Assembly (NCBI GenBank): GCA_002269645.1
Contig: NIVC01000126.1
Span: forward strand, 558,001-622,000
DNA from: Macrostomum lignano
Lineage: Eukaryota
Length of the DNA: 64,000 nt
Reading direction: 5' to 3'
Shown: positions 1 to 14,500 of the stretch, in pieces
Numbering within the stretch: the stretch's first letter is position 1
How the letters are laid out: each line of letters starts with the position of its first letter
The notes under the pieces: generated by a model
Databases searched by the model: none
Seen by the model: the letters and a program-made list of their open reading frames with translations, nothing else
Told to the model about the DNA's origin: nothing
Position numbers and translations under genes: made by a program

Positions 1-24
1 TTTCAGTATGTCATCAGTATGTCA

Positions 25-480
25 CGTTAATCAAAATTAGCATGTCATATTTCTCAATATTAGCAGCTCATGTTTATCAAAATTAGCATGTCATATTTCT
101 CAATATTAGCAGCTCATGTTTATCAAAATTAGCATGTCATATTTCTCAATATTAGCAGCTCATGTTTATCAAAATTAGCATGTCATATTTCTCAATATTA
201 GCAGCTCATGTTTATCAAAATTAGCATGTCATATTTCTCAAAATTAGCATGTCATATTTCTCAATATTACCAGGTAATGTTTATCAAAATTAGCATGTCA
301 TATTTCTCAATATTAGCAGCTCATGTTTATCAAAATTAGCATGTCATATTTCTCAATATTAGCAGCTCATGTTTATCAAAATTAGCATGTCATATTTCTC
401 AAAATTTGCATGTCATATTTCTCAATATTACCAGGTAATGTTTATCAAAATTAGCATGTCATATTTCTCAAAATTAGCAT
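25..480. repeat. 46-bp tandem repeat (TCATGTTTATCAAAATTAGCATGTCATATTTCTCAATATTAGCAGC)
   Basis: The unit recurs with period 46 (e.g. TAGCAGCTCATG at 61 and 107), with a few shortened variants. Confidence 0.92.
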
Positions 481-2591
481 TTCATATGTCAGCAACCGGC
501 AAGCTTGGGCACAGCAGGCAGTATTTACATTGTGCTACCTCGATCATTTTTCCAACCAACCAATTGAATCAATAGAAGCGCAGAAGCCAGTGTCAGCTGC
601 TGTCCTCCTATTAATTTTCAATATTCAAACAAAAACGCATTGTGTGTTTTTCTCTTTCTTTCTCTCTGCTTTTTAGGTAAGACTTTGAAAACATACGAGA
701 CTTTTTTCTTTAAAGCTAGAGTCGGAAAATTACCAAGTCGTATATTGAAAGAAAGCAAGTCTTCGAAATTCGTCAATCTTCAATGCGCGTGTATACAGCT
801 TAGTAGCAGTGGAGGCTCTAGAAATAGAGGCTTTAAAAGTCCGAAATTTTGTTTCCGTGACCAGGAAACTTAAGTTAAGTCACTGGGTAACTTTAATTTA
901 ACTGCTAAATAACTCTAATTCGAGGCTTCTAATTACTGCATCAAGTTGTTGGAACAATATTATACTGTTGCTACAGAGCGGCAGTCAAACCAGTCTCGGG
1001 GCTGGAGGCGTTAGGTTTGAGCGCTTTCAATTATAATCTTTCCTATGAATCTCGTATGTTGTTATGCAGCCCACATAATTTTTTCTTAGAAATGAGCTGC
1101 AGAGGCCCGTAAGTAACGTATATTTATCGTATTGCTGGCGCATTTAGTTTACTCTGCTGCATATGTTAGTAGTAATCTATGCAACAGAAATCCCAATTTA
1201 CGTGTTGCAATTCTATGCAACACTCCTCCTTTGGAGAACGCATAGCGCTAAATGGGTTTTTGCCCGACAAGGCGACAAATAATTCGGTTCGAGAAAAATC
1301 TGATCTCTCGAGAGAATACTAAACCAGTTTTATAGATTTTACAAGTTACAAGCTACGGGCTGAATGGCTACAGGTTATCAAGCTACAAGGAGGATGGTTT
1401 CACAAAACTGCTTGAAAATTTCAACCAAAAACTTCACAAGTTGCTATTATTTTGAATCGTCTATGGCTAAAAGGTCTACGTCTCTGAGGACAAGTTGACT
1501 TGGACACCCCCATGGATGAATAAAAACATGGATTGCTCGTCTGCCTTAGATTCAGGGGTGTAATTTTGCCTCGCGAAGCCCCCGTTCGCACCGATTGGCT
1601 ACTTAAGATTTCTTAGTTGTCTATGGTAAAAACGTAAGTTTTATTCATCCATGGACACTCCATGCAGAGCGTCGGCTATACATGACGCCCCTTGCCCTTG
1701 TAGCCAAATGAAAAGTTTGCGCCTGTAGAAAAGTTTGCCCCTGTAGCCGAATGAAGAAGCTCGAATACTATCAGACGTACAATTCTTGTACATATTTTCC
1801 TCTTGTAATCGATCGAAACCTTGACATATGATTTTGCTGTTAGTTGACACTTCCCAGAGGAAATTGACCCTCGGTCTTAAGCACAATAATATAGTTGAAG
1901 TCAATAAGAACTGGAGTTTGGTTAGTGACATTATAATAACGTGGGCTTTAATAAGAAATTTACCAGCATGAGCAAAAGAAAACAACTTTTCTACTTGTTA
2001 GCCACTAAAAGTCGAATAATCTGTAGTGAGGATCATGTATATTCTGCCTCTCCGGTGTTGAGGAATGCGGAGCACTTCATCTGTGCCCGGCCCGGCCCGC
2101 CTTACTCAGGACAGGCTCACCTATCTCGGCCCAAACCCGGACCTTTCCAACGTTTTCAGGCCCGAGAATCTCTGCCAGCTCGTCCGCTTACCCAAGGGCT
2201 ACCGGGCGAGCGACCATCCACCTCCTAGGCTCTCCGGAGAGGGACCGCGCTGCGAACACCGGCACGTGGTCGCCAAAGGGGTGACATACATGTTGATACA
2301 TGTTGACATTACCAACTTGATGGGCGTCGTCACTGTATCCGGATGCATCAAAATGAAACAAATGCAAATTATAACAAACAAATGTGAGAATGCAATGCCA
2401 ACAGCGCCAAATAGTAAATATATTAACAATAATTGTCTCAGAGTTTATTTTCATTCTGATTAGCTAACTTCTCTCTGAACAAACATACAACAACAACAAC
2501 TGTTTTATTTCTGAGAGTTCACGTCTCCAATATTTTGGTTGCTGTCTGGCGTTCCAAGTGCTACTCCGTTCGTTTGTCAGTTGCCGCGCCA

Positions 2592-5500
2592 TCAGATACG
2601 GAGCCGAGAGAACACCAGACCGCGCTTTGAAGCCGGTATAGCGTTTCGCAAAATCAGCTTCAGCAATGAGTCGACTTTCACATCGACGTCCTTTCCGAGG
2701 CCAACCGAAGCTAAGGTCGAGAAGCGCTCCTCCGGCTTCTGCTCAACCGCAGGCGGCGAAGTTGCTGGCCGTTTAGTCAGCTCCTCTTCCATCTGCTCCG
2801 GATCGGCTAGCACGGAATGACGGGCTGAAATCGATTTATTTATGGTAGATATTTAGTTTAGATATTTAGTATAGGAGAATCAGACGCTTCAATGAAAGCA
2901 GTCGTGCCCATTCCACTGATCCCGCAGCACTGCTACACAGGGAGTCCACAGCTCCCCTGACTTTCCCATCCTCAGACAGGCATTGTTGCACAGGCCCCAA
3001 ATTAATGAGCTATCCCAGACTCACGGAGCAGCAGAGTCAGCAGAAGGCAGAGCAGAGTCAACCAAGTCCAACGACGATTACCAACTTGAGCGCACATCTT
3101 GTCCAGACTGCCCGTTCGTTGAGAAGTTGTTTTGCCTTGTACTGAGCAGAAAGTGTCGTTTTTTGAAATAGAAATCTCCCCAGTCGATGCTTGGTTATAT
3201 AGACTTCTGTAGGTGGGGGAGGGGCCTGCATCTCCCAGCTGGCGCCTTTTCTGTGCGCTGGTTCCACAAACAAGGCAAAGCCCGACGCTGCACCTGCTAC
3301 TGCCGACGCTCTGCGCAGAAAATTTCTTTGACTTTGAAGAATCTCCAGCCTCCAAAAGCCTGTGCTAACGCTATTTGATGGCTCAGGTGAGTGAGACACA
3401 AGAGAAAGAAGGAAATTATATTTAGAAATGGACCAACCATCTGTGCGCAGAAAATTTCCTACCCAAGATCGAGCCAGCGTCCTGGGTCTTTGCGCCACAT
3501 CTGTATGGAAATTAAACGCCTGGCTCAACAGCGAGTCTTTGCAAACATTTTCCAGCATCGTTTGCACCTGCAGCCAGCTGTCTTCCCGGGTTTACGACTG
3601 ATTTTGAAGACATCTTCTGGATTAAAAAGAAGCGCTAAGCGGGTTTTGGCTGACTGCAACAACAGAATACACTAGTAGTAGGGTATAGGAACAGCTTTAT
3701 TGTATTTTGCGAATAGCTTTATTAAACAGATTAACCATTAATATTGTTGTTGTTATTAACTGGAGATGACAGCAAAATCATCATGAAAACTGATGTCGAA
3801 CCGTCTGCATTGAAGTGCCGCAACCCTAAGGTGCGCCGTAGCCTACATTAATTTGGAGCTGAATTGGAATCTCGGCTTGGCTCTGCTCGTGCAATTAACG
3901 CCCAGCTTGAGGGCCAACCCCCGAGACACAGGGAAGTGTACATGCCTAACGATAAATAAAGTTAGGGCCGCTGTGCACTCCTGTGTGAGTGTGTGCCTGT
4001 GCGTATGACTGCGTACGTATCCGCGCGCTTGTGTGCCTGCTCAGGGAAGTCTGCGGAATGGGCAGTGATGCCTCTCGCCGGTTGTGTGCCAATGTCGCTT
4101 AAAGTGCGCCAGGGTGCACGCAGCCTCAGATTAGAAAAATCCTACGGATTGCGGCCCCCTCCAATAAAATTAGACGGTAACAAGTCACTCAATGTTACAA
4201 AACAGTCTATACAGGCGGAAGCTTAGAACATCTCCACGGAAGTGACGAAGTTGACAATAACAAGCACCAGCACCAGTACAGCCACGTGGCACAGCGCAAG
4301 CCTCGGCAGAGACATCAGCAAGTTCAAGCGTTCCCTACGCCGCAGGTTCACCATCAGTAGGCAGACAAAGACCAGCATCTCTTGTCGGCCATTCTGGATG
4401 ACTCGCAGCAGCAGTAGAAACACCGTGTGCGACAGTTTTGTACTGAGCAGCGGTACTATTCTATATTCGAACATTCGCTGTAAACTCAGTTTAATCTTCC
4501 ACCAGGCATTGCAAGATTTGGCTCCTTGAATGAAACTTGTCGGCGAGCTGAGCAGCAGCGGATACACGTCGTGGAGGAGCAGCTCCTGGCTAAGGACGTC
4601 GTCTACCGCTAATCTGCCAGTTAGAAGACTTTCGTAGAAGTTTCCGGCACTGCGCATGTAACTTCCGGTGCTGATCAGGATCATTCTTCCGATGGTTAGA
4701 GCGGCTTCTTGCAGCGAAATCAAGCTGCTGCAAAATTGGAAGCGAATTGGACTGACGTTGTTGTTGCTAAGTAACCTGTCGTTGCTAAGTAACTCGTCGT
4801 TGCTAAGTAACCTGTCGTTGCTAAGTAACTCGTCGTTGCTAAGTAACTCGTCGTTGCTAAGTAACCTGTCGTTGCTAAGTAACCTGTCGTTGCTAAGTAA
4901 CCTGTTGTTGCTAAGTAACCTGTCGTTGCTAAGTAACCTGTTGTTGCTAAGTAACCTGTCGTTGCTAAGTAACCTGTCGTTGCTAAGTAACCTGTCGTTG
5001 CTAAGTAACCTGTCGTTGCTAAGTAACCTGTCGTTGCTAAGTAACCTGTTGTTGCTAAGTAACCTGTCGTTGCTAAGTAACCTGTCGTTGCTAAGTAACC
5101 TGTCGTTGCTAAGTAACCTGTCGTTGCTAAGTAACCTGTTGTTGCTAAGTAACCTGTCGTTGCTAAGTAACTCGTCGTTGCTAAGTAACCTGTCGTTGCT
5201 AAGTAACTCGTCGTTGCTAAGTAACCTGTCGTTGCTAAGTAACCTGTCGTTGCTAAGTAACCTGTTGTTGCTAAGTAACCTGTCGTTGCTAAGTAACCTG
5301 TCGTTGCTAAGTAACCTGTCGTTGCTAAGTAACCTGTCGTTGCTAAGTAACCTGTCGTTGCTAAGTAACCTGTCGTTGCTAAGTAACCTGTCGTTGCTAA
5401 GTAACCTGTTGTTGCTAAGTAACCTGTCGTTGCTAAGTAACTCGTCGTTGCTAAGTAACCTGTCGTTGCTAAGTAACCTGTCGTTGCTAAGTAACCTGTT

Positions 5501-8500
5501 GTTGCTAAGTAACCTGTCGTTGCTAAGTAACTCGTCGTTGCTAAGTAACCTGTCGTTGCTAAGTAACTCGTCGTTGCTAAGTAACCTGTCGTTGCTAAGT
5601 AACCTGTCGTTGCTAAGTAACCTGTTGTTGCTGAGTAACCTGTCGTTGCTAAGTAACCTGTCGTTGCTAAGTAACCTGTTGTTGCTGAGTAACCTGTCGT
5701 TGCTAAGTAACCTGTTGTTGCTAAGTAACCTGTTGTTGCTGAGTAACCTGTCGTTGCTAAGTAACCTGTTGTTGCTAATGTAATTAATGTTGCTTATGTA
5801 AAAGCCGGTGCTAATTTTATATAAACCTTTGTTTCGTAAAATAACATTGATATGAAATAATTTCACTGTGGAGTTGCCAATAGCAACGCTCTGAACCACA
5901 TCGAGCTCAATTCACGGAAAATGTTACTCACTTATGCAACGTAAGGCTGAATATCACTTGAAAATAATAAGCGCACCGATCCAAGATGCAGTGGGACACA
6001 ATGAGCAGCAGCAGCAGGCGACAGACCATCCTAGTTTTGTTTACCAACAGGCGTCGGAGACCGCGCGATAGGGACTGATTGCGAGTTACTATCGCTTGAC
6101 TATGCTGCAGCAGGACTGACTTCTGGTCGCTGTTGCTAGGGTAAACTATACTGGACACGAATGTGGCGCACACAGTTGCTAGGGGACCTAGAAGCCGGGG
6201 GGATAGGGATAAACAAAATTATAGTTTTGAATTTAGCAGCCTGATGAACGCAGGGACATGCTCATTCCCCGTGTGATGGGAACCCCTGTTAGTGGAATCT
6301 CTGCGAAGGGGAATCCCTGCAATGAGAATCACTTTAGGGAATCTTTGTGGAGAATCCCTTTGAGGGGAATCTCTGTGAGGGGAATCCCTGTGAGGGGAAT
6401 TTCTGTGGGGAAATCCCTGCAATGAGAATCAATTTGGGGAATTTTGTGGAGAATCCCTGTGAGGGTAATCCCTGTGCGGAGAATCCCTTTGAAGGAATCC
6501 ATTTGAGAGGAATCCCTGTGAGGGGAATCCATTTGAGAGGAATCCCTATGAGGTGAGTTCCTATGAGGGGAATCCCTGTGAGGGAAATCCCTCTTTGAGG
6601 GGAATCCTTCTTTGAGGGGAATCCCTCTGAGGAGAATCTCTTTGAGGGGAATCCCTGTATGGGGAATCTAACCGAAGGAAATCCATGCTAGGGGAATGCC
6701 TTCGAAGAGAATTCCGCGGGGAAGTTCTGCTAGGGGTGAATTCCTGTGAGATGAGGGTAATTCTTCAGCGAGGGAGAATGTTTATTAAAAATGAAAAAAA
6801 GCCAAACCTAGCGTGCAGATGATCCTAGAACCCAGCACAAAATCCTTATGCGCCAGGTGATAGGGCCTGGCACTGGTGAGCAGGCACTGCACAGATCCGA
6901 TTAGCAGCAGGCTTTGCATCTCTGATTCAGTGAGTTTCGACAGCTGCGGTCGCAGAATGAGAATGCTGGTTAGCGGCGGTAGCTGGCAGACAGCCACAAG
7001 GAATAGGATAGACTCAACAGGGTCCATCAGGAAGTTGTATCTGCATTGTTGACGGTTTTTTGTAGTTGCTCTTTGTAAAAGAAATTCATTTCTCTGACTC
7101 CCTGAGCACAGACAAGAGCCAATGCTGTACGCAGGGCACGCACTCATCCACACAGCTCACACTGGGTGTACAGCGACCCCGACTTTCTAATCAGTCAGGG
7201 ATGTACACTCTGCTCAGCTGTTCTGCCCGTCTTATTAAAGATTTCTAAAATAGTGTTATTCTCGAAAAAAATGTTTTAGGTGATTATTTTCCATTTTTCT
7301 GCATACAATTTAGGAACCTTTTTTAGACTTACCTAAACAGCACCTGAAGCAGGTTAAGATGCTTTTGAAAGTTAACCAGCCTCAATAGCAGACTGATGGT
7401 CAGTATGTACGCCACGTGCAAGATGTTAGTAAAAAACCAATTTGATTCTCTGAGGCTGTCGTATTTTTTTAATACTGATTCTAGATCGTCTGAGGTCCTG
7501 TTGAACACTTCCACAGATCTGCGTGTTGGTTTGATTCTTTTAGATTGGAATTAGTCGATTAACAGGTGTCACAATCTACCGTACACTCTAATCAGCGGGT
7601 ATCACTCACTACTGCACTCTAATCAACAGGTATCACTCAGTAGTGCTCTCTAAAATCAACAGGTATCACTCACTAGTGCACTCTAATCAACAGGCATCAC
7701 TCACTAGTGCACTCTAATCAACAGGTATCACTCACTAGTGCACTCTAATCAACAGGCATCACTCACTAGTGCACTCTAATCAACAGGTATCACTCACTAG
7801 TGCACTCTAAAATCAACAGGTATCACTACTCACTAGTGCACTCTAAAATCAACAGGTATCACTCACTAGTGCTCTCTAAAATCAACAGGTATCACTCACT
7901 AGTGCACTCTAATCAACAGGCATCACTCACTAGTGCACTCTAATCAACAGGTATCACTACTCACTAGTGCACTCTAATCAACAGGTATCACTACTCACTA
8001 GTGCACTCTAATCAACAGGCATCACTCACTAGTGCACTCTAATCAACAGGCATCACTCACTAGTGCACTCTAATCAACAGGCATCACTCACTAGTGCACT
8101 CTAATCAACAGGCATCACTCACTAGTGCACTCTAATCAACAGGCATCACTCACTAGTGCACTCTAATCAACAGGCATCACTCACTAGTGCACTCTAATCA
8201 ACAGGCATCACTCACTAGTGCACTCTAATCAACAGGCATCACTCACTAGTGCACTCTAAAATCAACAGGTATCACTCACTAGTGCACTCTAAAATCAACA
8301 GGTATCACTCACTAGTGCACTCTAAAATCAACAGGTATCACTCACTAGTGCACTCTAATCAACAGGCATCACTCACTAGTGCACTCTAATCAACAGGTAT
8401 CACTCACTAGTGCACTCTAATCAACAGGCATCACTCACTAGTGCACTCTAATCAACAGGTATCACTACTCACTAGTGCTCTCTAATCAACAGGCATCACT

Positions 8501-11500
8501 CACTAGTGCTCTCTAATCAACAGGCATCACTCACTAGTGCTCTCTAATCAACAGGTATCACTCACTAGTGCACTCTAAAATCAACAGGTATCACTCACTA
8601 GTGCACTCTAAAATCAACAGGTATCACTCACTAGTGCACTCTAAAATCAACAGGTATCACTCACTAGTGCACTCTAATCAACAGGCATCACTCACTAGTG
8701 CACTCTAATCAACAGGTATCACTCACTAGTGCACTCTAATCAACAGGCATCACTCACTAGTGCACTCTAATCAACAGGTATCACTACTCACTAGTGCACT
8801 CTAATCAACAGGTATCACTCACTAGTGCACTCTAAAATCAACAGGTATCACTACTCACTAGTGCACTCTAATCAACAGGCATCACTCACTAGTGCTCTCT
8901 AATCAACAGGCATCACTCACTAATGCTCTCTAATCAACAGGCATCACTCACTAGTGCTCTCTAATCAACAGGCATCACTCACTAGTGCACTCTAATCAAC
9001 AGGCATCACTCACTAGTGCACTCTAAAATCAACAGGTATCACTACTCACTAGTGCACTCTAATCAACAGGCATCACTCACTAGTGCTCTCTAATCAACAG
9101 GCATCACTCACTAGTGCTCTCTAATCAACAGGCATCACTCACTAGTGCACTCTAATCAACAGGTATCACTACTCACTAGTGCACTCTAATCAACAGGTAT
9201 CACTACTCACTAGTGCACTCTAATCAACAGGTATCACTCACTAGTGCACTCTAAAATCAACAGGTATCACTACTCACTAGTGCACTCTAATCAACAGGCA
9301 TCACTCACTAGTGCTCTCTAATCAACAGGTATCACTCACTAGTGCACTCTAAAATCAACAGGTATCATTCACTAGTGCACTCTAAAATCAACAGGTATCA
9401 CTCACTAGTGCACTCTAAAATCAACAGGTATCATTCACTAGTGCACTCTAAAATCAACAGGTATCATTCACTAGTGCACTCTAAAATCAACAGGTATCAC
9501 TCACTAGTGCACTCTAAAATCAACAGGTATCACTCACTAGTGCACTCTAAAATCAACAGGTATCATTCACTAGTGCACTCTAAAATCAACAGGTATCACT
9601 CACTAGTGCACTCTAAAATCAACAGGTATCATTCACTAGTGCACTCTAAAATCAACAGGTATCACTCACTAGTGCACTCTAAAATCAACAGGTAATCAAG
9701 TGTTTATACCTGATAGCCTGAAAGAAAAATATTGGCATTTGCCACGCTGTCAAAATCAAATCGTGGATGTTGAGAATTTTATTAATAAACAGTAGAGACA
9801 CCGCCAGGCACATCAGGTGGAAGGCCTTGAACCAGAGAACAGATTTTAAACTGGTTGATAGGACGCAGCTTAATAGAAATACGTGTAGAAATGCTGAAAA
9901 ACGTTTTAAGAATTTAAATTTGACTTTGATAAGATAATACGGAAACAGACTGGCAAATTGAAAACAGACTGGCAAATTGAAAACAGACTGGCAGACTGGA
10001 AACAGACTGGCAAATTGAAAACAGACTGGCAAATTGAAAACAGACTGGCAGACTGGAAACAGACTGGCAAATTGAAAACAGACTGGCAAATTGAAAACAG
10101 ACTGGCAGACTGGAAGCAGACTGGCAGATTGGAAACAGACTGGCAAATTGAAAACAGACTGGCAGACTGGAAGCAGACTGGCAAATTGAAAACAGACTAG
10201 CAGATTGGAAACAGACTGGCAGATTGGAAACAGACTGGCAAATTGGAAACAGACTGGCAGATTGGAAACAGACTGGCAGATTGGAAACAGACTGGCAAAT
10301 TGGAAACAGACTGGCAGATTGGAAACAGACTGGCAGATTGGAAACAGACTGGCAAATTGAAAACAGACTGGCAGATTGGAAACAGGCTGGCAGATTGGAA
10401 ACAGACTGGCAGATTGGAAACAGACTGGCAAATTGAAAACAGACTGGCAGATTGAAAACAGACTGGCAGATTGGAAACAGACTGGCAGATTGGAAACAGA
10501 CTGGCAAATTGAAAACAGACTGGCAGATTGGAAACAGACTGGCAGATCGGAAGCAGACTGGCAGATTGGAAACAGACTGGCAAATTGGAAACAGACTGGC
10601 AGATTGAAAACAGACTGGCAGACTGGAAGCAGACTGGCAGATTGGAAGCAGACTGGCAGATTGGCTAATTGTCTCACCAATAAGGAGCTGCCATCGAATC
10701 AGCAGTTGTTCCATTCTGGTGTCCACCATGACGCAGATGATGCAGAGCAGGATCGGGACGCAGTTGCAGACGAGCATGAGCAGACGGCTGCGCAGAAACG
10801 ACTCAAACAGATAGCAGATGTGGTAGCTTATTGGCTTTGGCCTGTTCTTGATGGCTGGTGTAATTAATAATCACAAATTTATTAACTAGAATTGTCTTTA
10901 CTAAACTAAAACAATATTAGTTAACAGGGTCACGTTATTGGCGCAGTAAGAGGTTATGGCGCCACCTAAAGGACTCAATAAAGAGTGGCGCCACCTGAAG
11001 GACTCAATAAAGAATGGCGCTACCTGAAGGACTCAATAAAGAATGGCGCTACCTGAAGGACTCAATAAAGAATGGCGCCATCTGAAGGATTCAATAAAGA
11101 ATGGCGCCACCTGAAGGATTCAATAAAGAATGGCGCCACCTGAAGGATTCAATAAAGAATGGCGCCACCTGAAGGATTCAATAAAGAATGGCGCCACCTG
11201 AAGGACTCAATAAAGAATGGCGCTACCTGAAGGACTCAATAAAGAATGGCGCCATCTGAAGGATTCAATAAAGAATGGCGCCACCTGAAGGATTCAATAA
11301 AGAATGGCGCCACCTGAAGGGCTCAATAAAGAGTGGCGCCACCCGAAGGTTTCAATAAAGAATGGCGCCACCTGAAGGACTCAATAAAGAATGGCGCCAC
11401 CTGAAGAATTCAATAAAGAATGGCGCCACCTGAAGGACTCAATAAAGAATGGCGCCACCTGAAGGGCTCAATAAAGAGTGGCGCCACCTGAAGGACTCAT

Positions 11501-14500
11501 TAAAGAGTGGCGCCACCTGAAGGATTCAATAAAAGAATGGCGCCACCTGAAGGACTCAATAAAGAATGGCGCCACCTGAAGGATTCAATAAAGTAACGGC
11601 GCCACCGGAAGGATTCAATAAAGAATGGCGCCACCTGAAGGATTCAATAAAGAATGGCGCCACCTGAAGGACTCATTAAAGAGTGGCGCCACCTGAAGGA
11701 TTCAATAAAAGAATGGCGCCACCTGAAGGACTCAATAAAGAATGGCGCCACCTGAAGGATTCAATAAAGTAACGGCGCCACCGGAAGGATTCAATAAAGA
11801 ATGGCGCCACCTGAAGGATTCAATAAAGAATGGCGCCACCTGAAGGATTCAATAAAGAATGGCGCCACCTGAAGGGCTCAATAAAGAATGGCGCCACCTG
11901 AAGGACTCGATAAAGAGTGGCGCCACCTGAAGGACTCAATAAAGAATGGCGCCACCTGAAGGATTCAATAAAGAATGGCGCCACCTGAAGGGCTCAATAA
12001 AGAATGGCGCCACCTGAAGGACTCGATAAAGAGTGGCGCCACCTGAAGGACTCAATAAAGAATGGCGCTACCTGAAGGACTCAATAAAGAATGGCGCCAT
12101 CTGAAGGATTCAATAAAGAATGGCGCCACCTGAAGGATTCAATAAAGAATGGCGCCACCTGAAGGATTCAATAAAGAATGGCGCCACCTGAAGGATTCAA
12201 TAAAGAATGGCGCCACCTGAAGGACTCAATAAAGAATGGCGCTACCTGAAGGACTCAATAAAGAATGGCGCCATCTGAAGGATTCAATAAAGAATGGCGC
12301 CACCTGAAGGATTCAATAAAGAATGGCGCCACCTGAAGGGCTCAATAAAGAGTGGCGCCACCCGAAGGTTTCAATAAAGAATGGCGCCACCTGAAGGACT
12401 CAATAAAGAATGGCGCCACCTGAAGAATTCAATAAAGAATGGCGCCACCTGAAGGACTCAATAAAGAATGGCGCCACCTGAAGGGCTCAATAAAGAGTGG
12501 CGCCACCTGAAGGACTCATTAAAGAGTGGCGCCACCTGAAGGATTCAATAAAAGAATGGCGCCACCTGAAGGACTCAATAAAGAATGGCGCCACCTGAAG
12601 GATTCAATAAAGTAACGGCGCCACCGGAAGGATTCAATAAAGAATGGCGCCACCTGAAGGATTCAATAAAGAATGGCGCCACCTGAAGGATTCAATAAAG
12701 AATGGCGCCACCTGAAGGGCTCAATAAAGAATGGCGCCACCTGAAGGACTCGATAAAGAGTGGCGCCACCTGAAGGACTCAATAAAGAATGGCGCCACCT
12801 GAAGGATTCAATAAAGAATGGCGCCACCTGAAGGGCTCAATAAAGAATGGCGCCACCTGAAGGACTCGATAAAGAGTGGCGCCACCTGAAGGACTCAATA
12901 AAGAATGGCGCTACCTGAAGGACTCAATAAAGAATGGCGCCATCTGAAGGATTCAATAAAGAATGGCGCCACCTGAAGGATTCAATAAAGAATGGCGCCA
13001 CCTGAAGGATTCAATAAAGAATGGCGCCACCTGAAGGATTCAATAAAGAATGGCGCCACCTGAAGGACTCAATAAAGAATGGCGCTACCTGAAGGACTCA
13101 ATAAAGAATGGCGCCATCTGAAGGATTCAATAAAGAATGGCGCCACCTGAAGGATTCAATAAAGAATGGCGCCACCTGAAGGATTCAATAAAGTAACGGC
13201 GCCACCGGAAGGATTCAATAAAGAATGGCGCCACCTGAAGGATTCAATAAAGAATGGCGCCACCTGAAGGACTCATTAAAGAGTGGCGCCACCTGAAGGA
13301 TTCAATAAAAGAATGGCGCCACCTGAAGGACTCAATAAAGAATGGCGCCACCTGAAGGATTCAATAAAGTAACGGCGCCACCGGAAGGATTCAATAAAGA
13401 ATGGCGCCACCTGAAGGATTCAATAAAGAATGGCGCCACCTGAAGGATTCAATAAAGAATGGCGCCACCTGAAGGATTCAATAAAAGAATGGCGCCACCT
13501 GAAGGACTCAATAAAGAATGGCGCCACCTGAAGGATTCAATAAAGTAACGGCGCCACCGGAAGGATTCAATAAAGAATGGCGCCACCTGAAGGATTCAAT
13601 AAAGAATGGCGCCACCTGAAGGATTCAATAAAGAATGGCGCCACCTGAAGGGCTCAATAAAGAATGGCGCCACCTGAAGGACTCGATAAAGAGTGGCGCC
13701 ACCTGAAGGACTCAATAAAGAATGGCGCCACCTGAAGGATTCAATAAAGAATGGCGCCACCTGAAGGGCTCAATAAAGAATGGCGCCACCTGAAGGACTC
13801 GATAAAGAGTGGCGCCACCTGAAGGACTCAATAAAGAATGGCGCTACCTGAAGGACTCAATAAAGAATGGCGCCATCTGAAGGATTCAATAAAGAATGGC
13901 GCCACCTGAAGGATTCAATAAAGAATGGCGCCACCTGAAGGATTCAATAAAGAATGGCGCCACCTGAAGGATTCAATAAAGAATGGCGCCACCTGAAGGA
14001 CTCAATAAAGAATGGCGCTACCTGAAGGACTCAATAAAGAATGGCGCCATCTGAAGGATTCAATAAAGAATGGCGCCACCTGAAGGATTCAATAAAGAAT
14101 GGCGCCACCTGAAGGGCTCAATAAAGAGTGGCGCCACCCGAAGGTTTCAATAAAGAATGGCGCCACCTGAAGGACTCAATAAAGAATGGCGCCACCTGAA
14201 GAATTCAATAAAGAATGGCGCCACCTGAAGGACTCAATAAAGAATGGCGCCACCTGAAGGGCTCAATAAAGAGTGGCGCCACCTGAAGGACTCATTAAAG
14301 AGTGGCGCCACCTGAAGGATTCAATAAAAGAATGGCGCCACCTGAAGGACTCAATAAAGAATGGCGCCACCTGAAGGATTCAATAAAGTAACGGCGCCAC
14401 CGGAAGGATTCAATAAAGAATGGCGCCACCTGAAGGATTCAATAAAGAATGGCGCCACCTGAAGGACTCAATAAAGAGTGGCGCCACCTGAAGGATTCAA

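Noticed and set aside
1641-1985. 114-aa ORF and nearby GTAAGT donor-like sites
   Set aside because: No recognisable domain and no consistent exon chain could be built.
2065-2200. Resemblance of LTYLGPNPDLSNVFRP to the BEL/Pao integrase RPLTY...LTP motif
   Set aside because: Too short and weak, with no LTRs or other pol motifs nearby.
4668-5899. Long ORFs of (SNDRLL)n / (LSNLSL)n
   Set aside because: Produced by the 18-bp intronic VNTR. The true exons splice around it in consistent phase.
9685-10867. Overlapping long ORFs (QSASLFPIC / ETDWQIGNRLAD repeats)
   Set aside because: Artefacts of the 19-bp VNTR. Only 10854-10678 and 9893-9710 are exonic.
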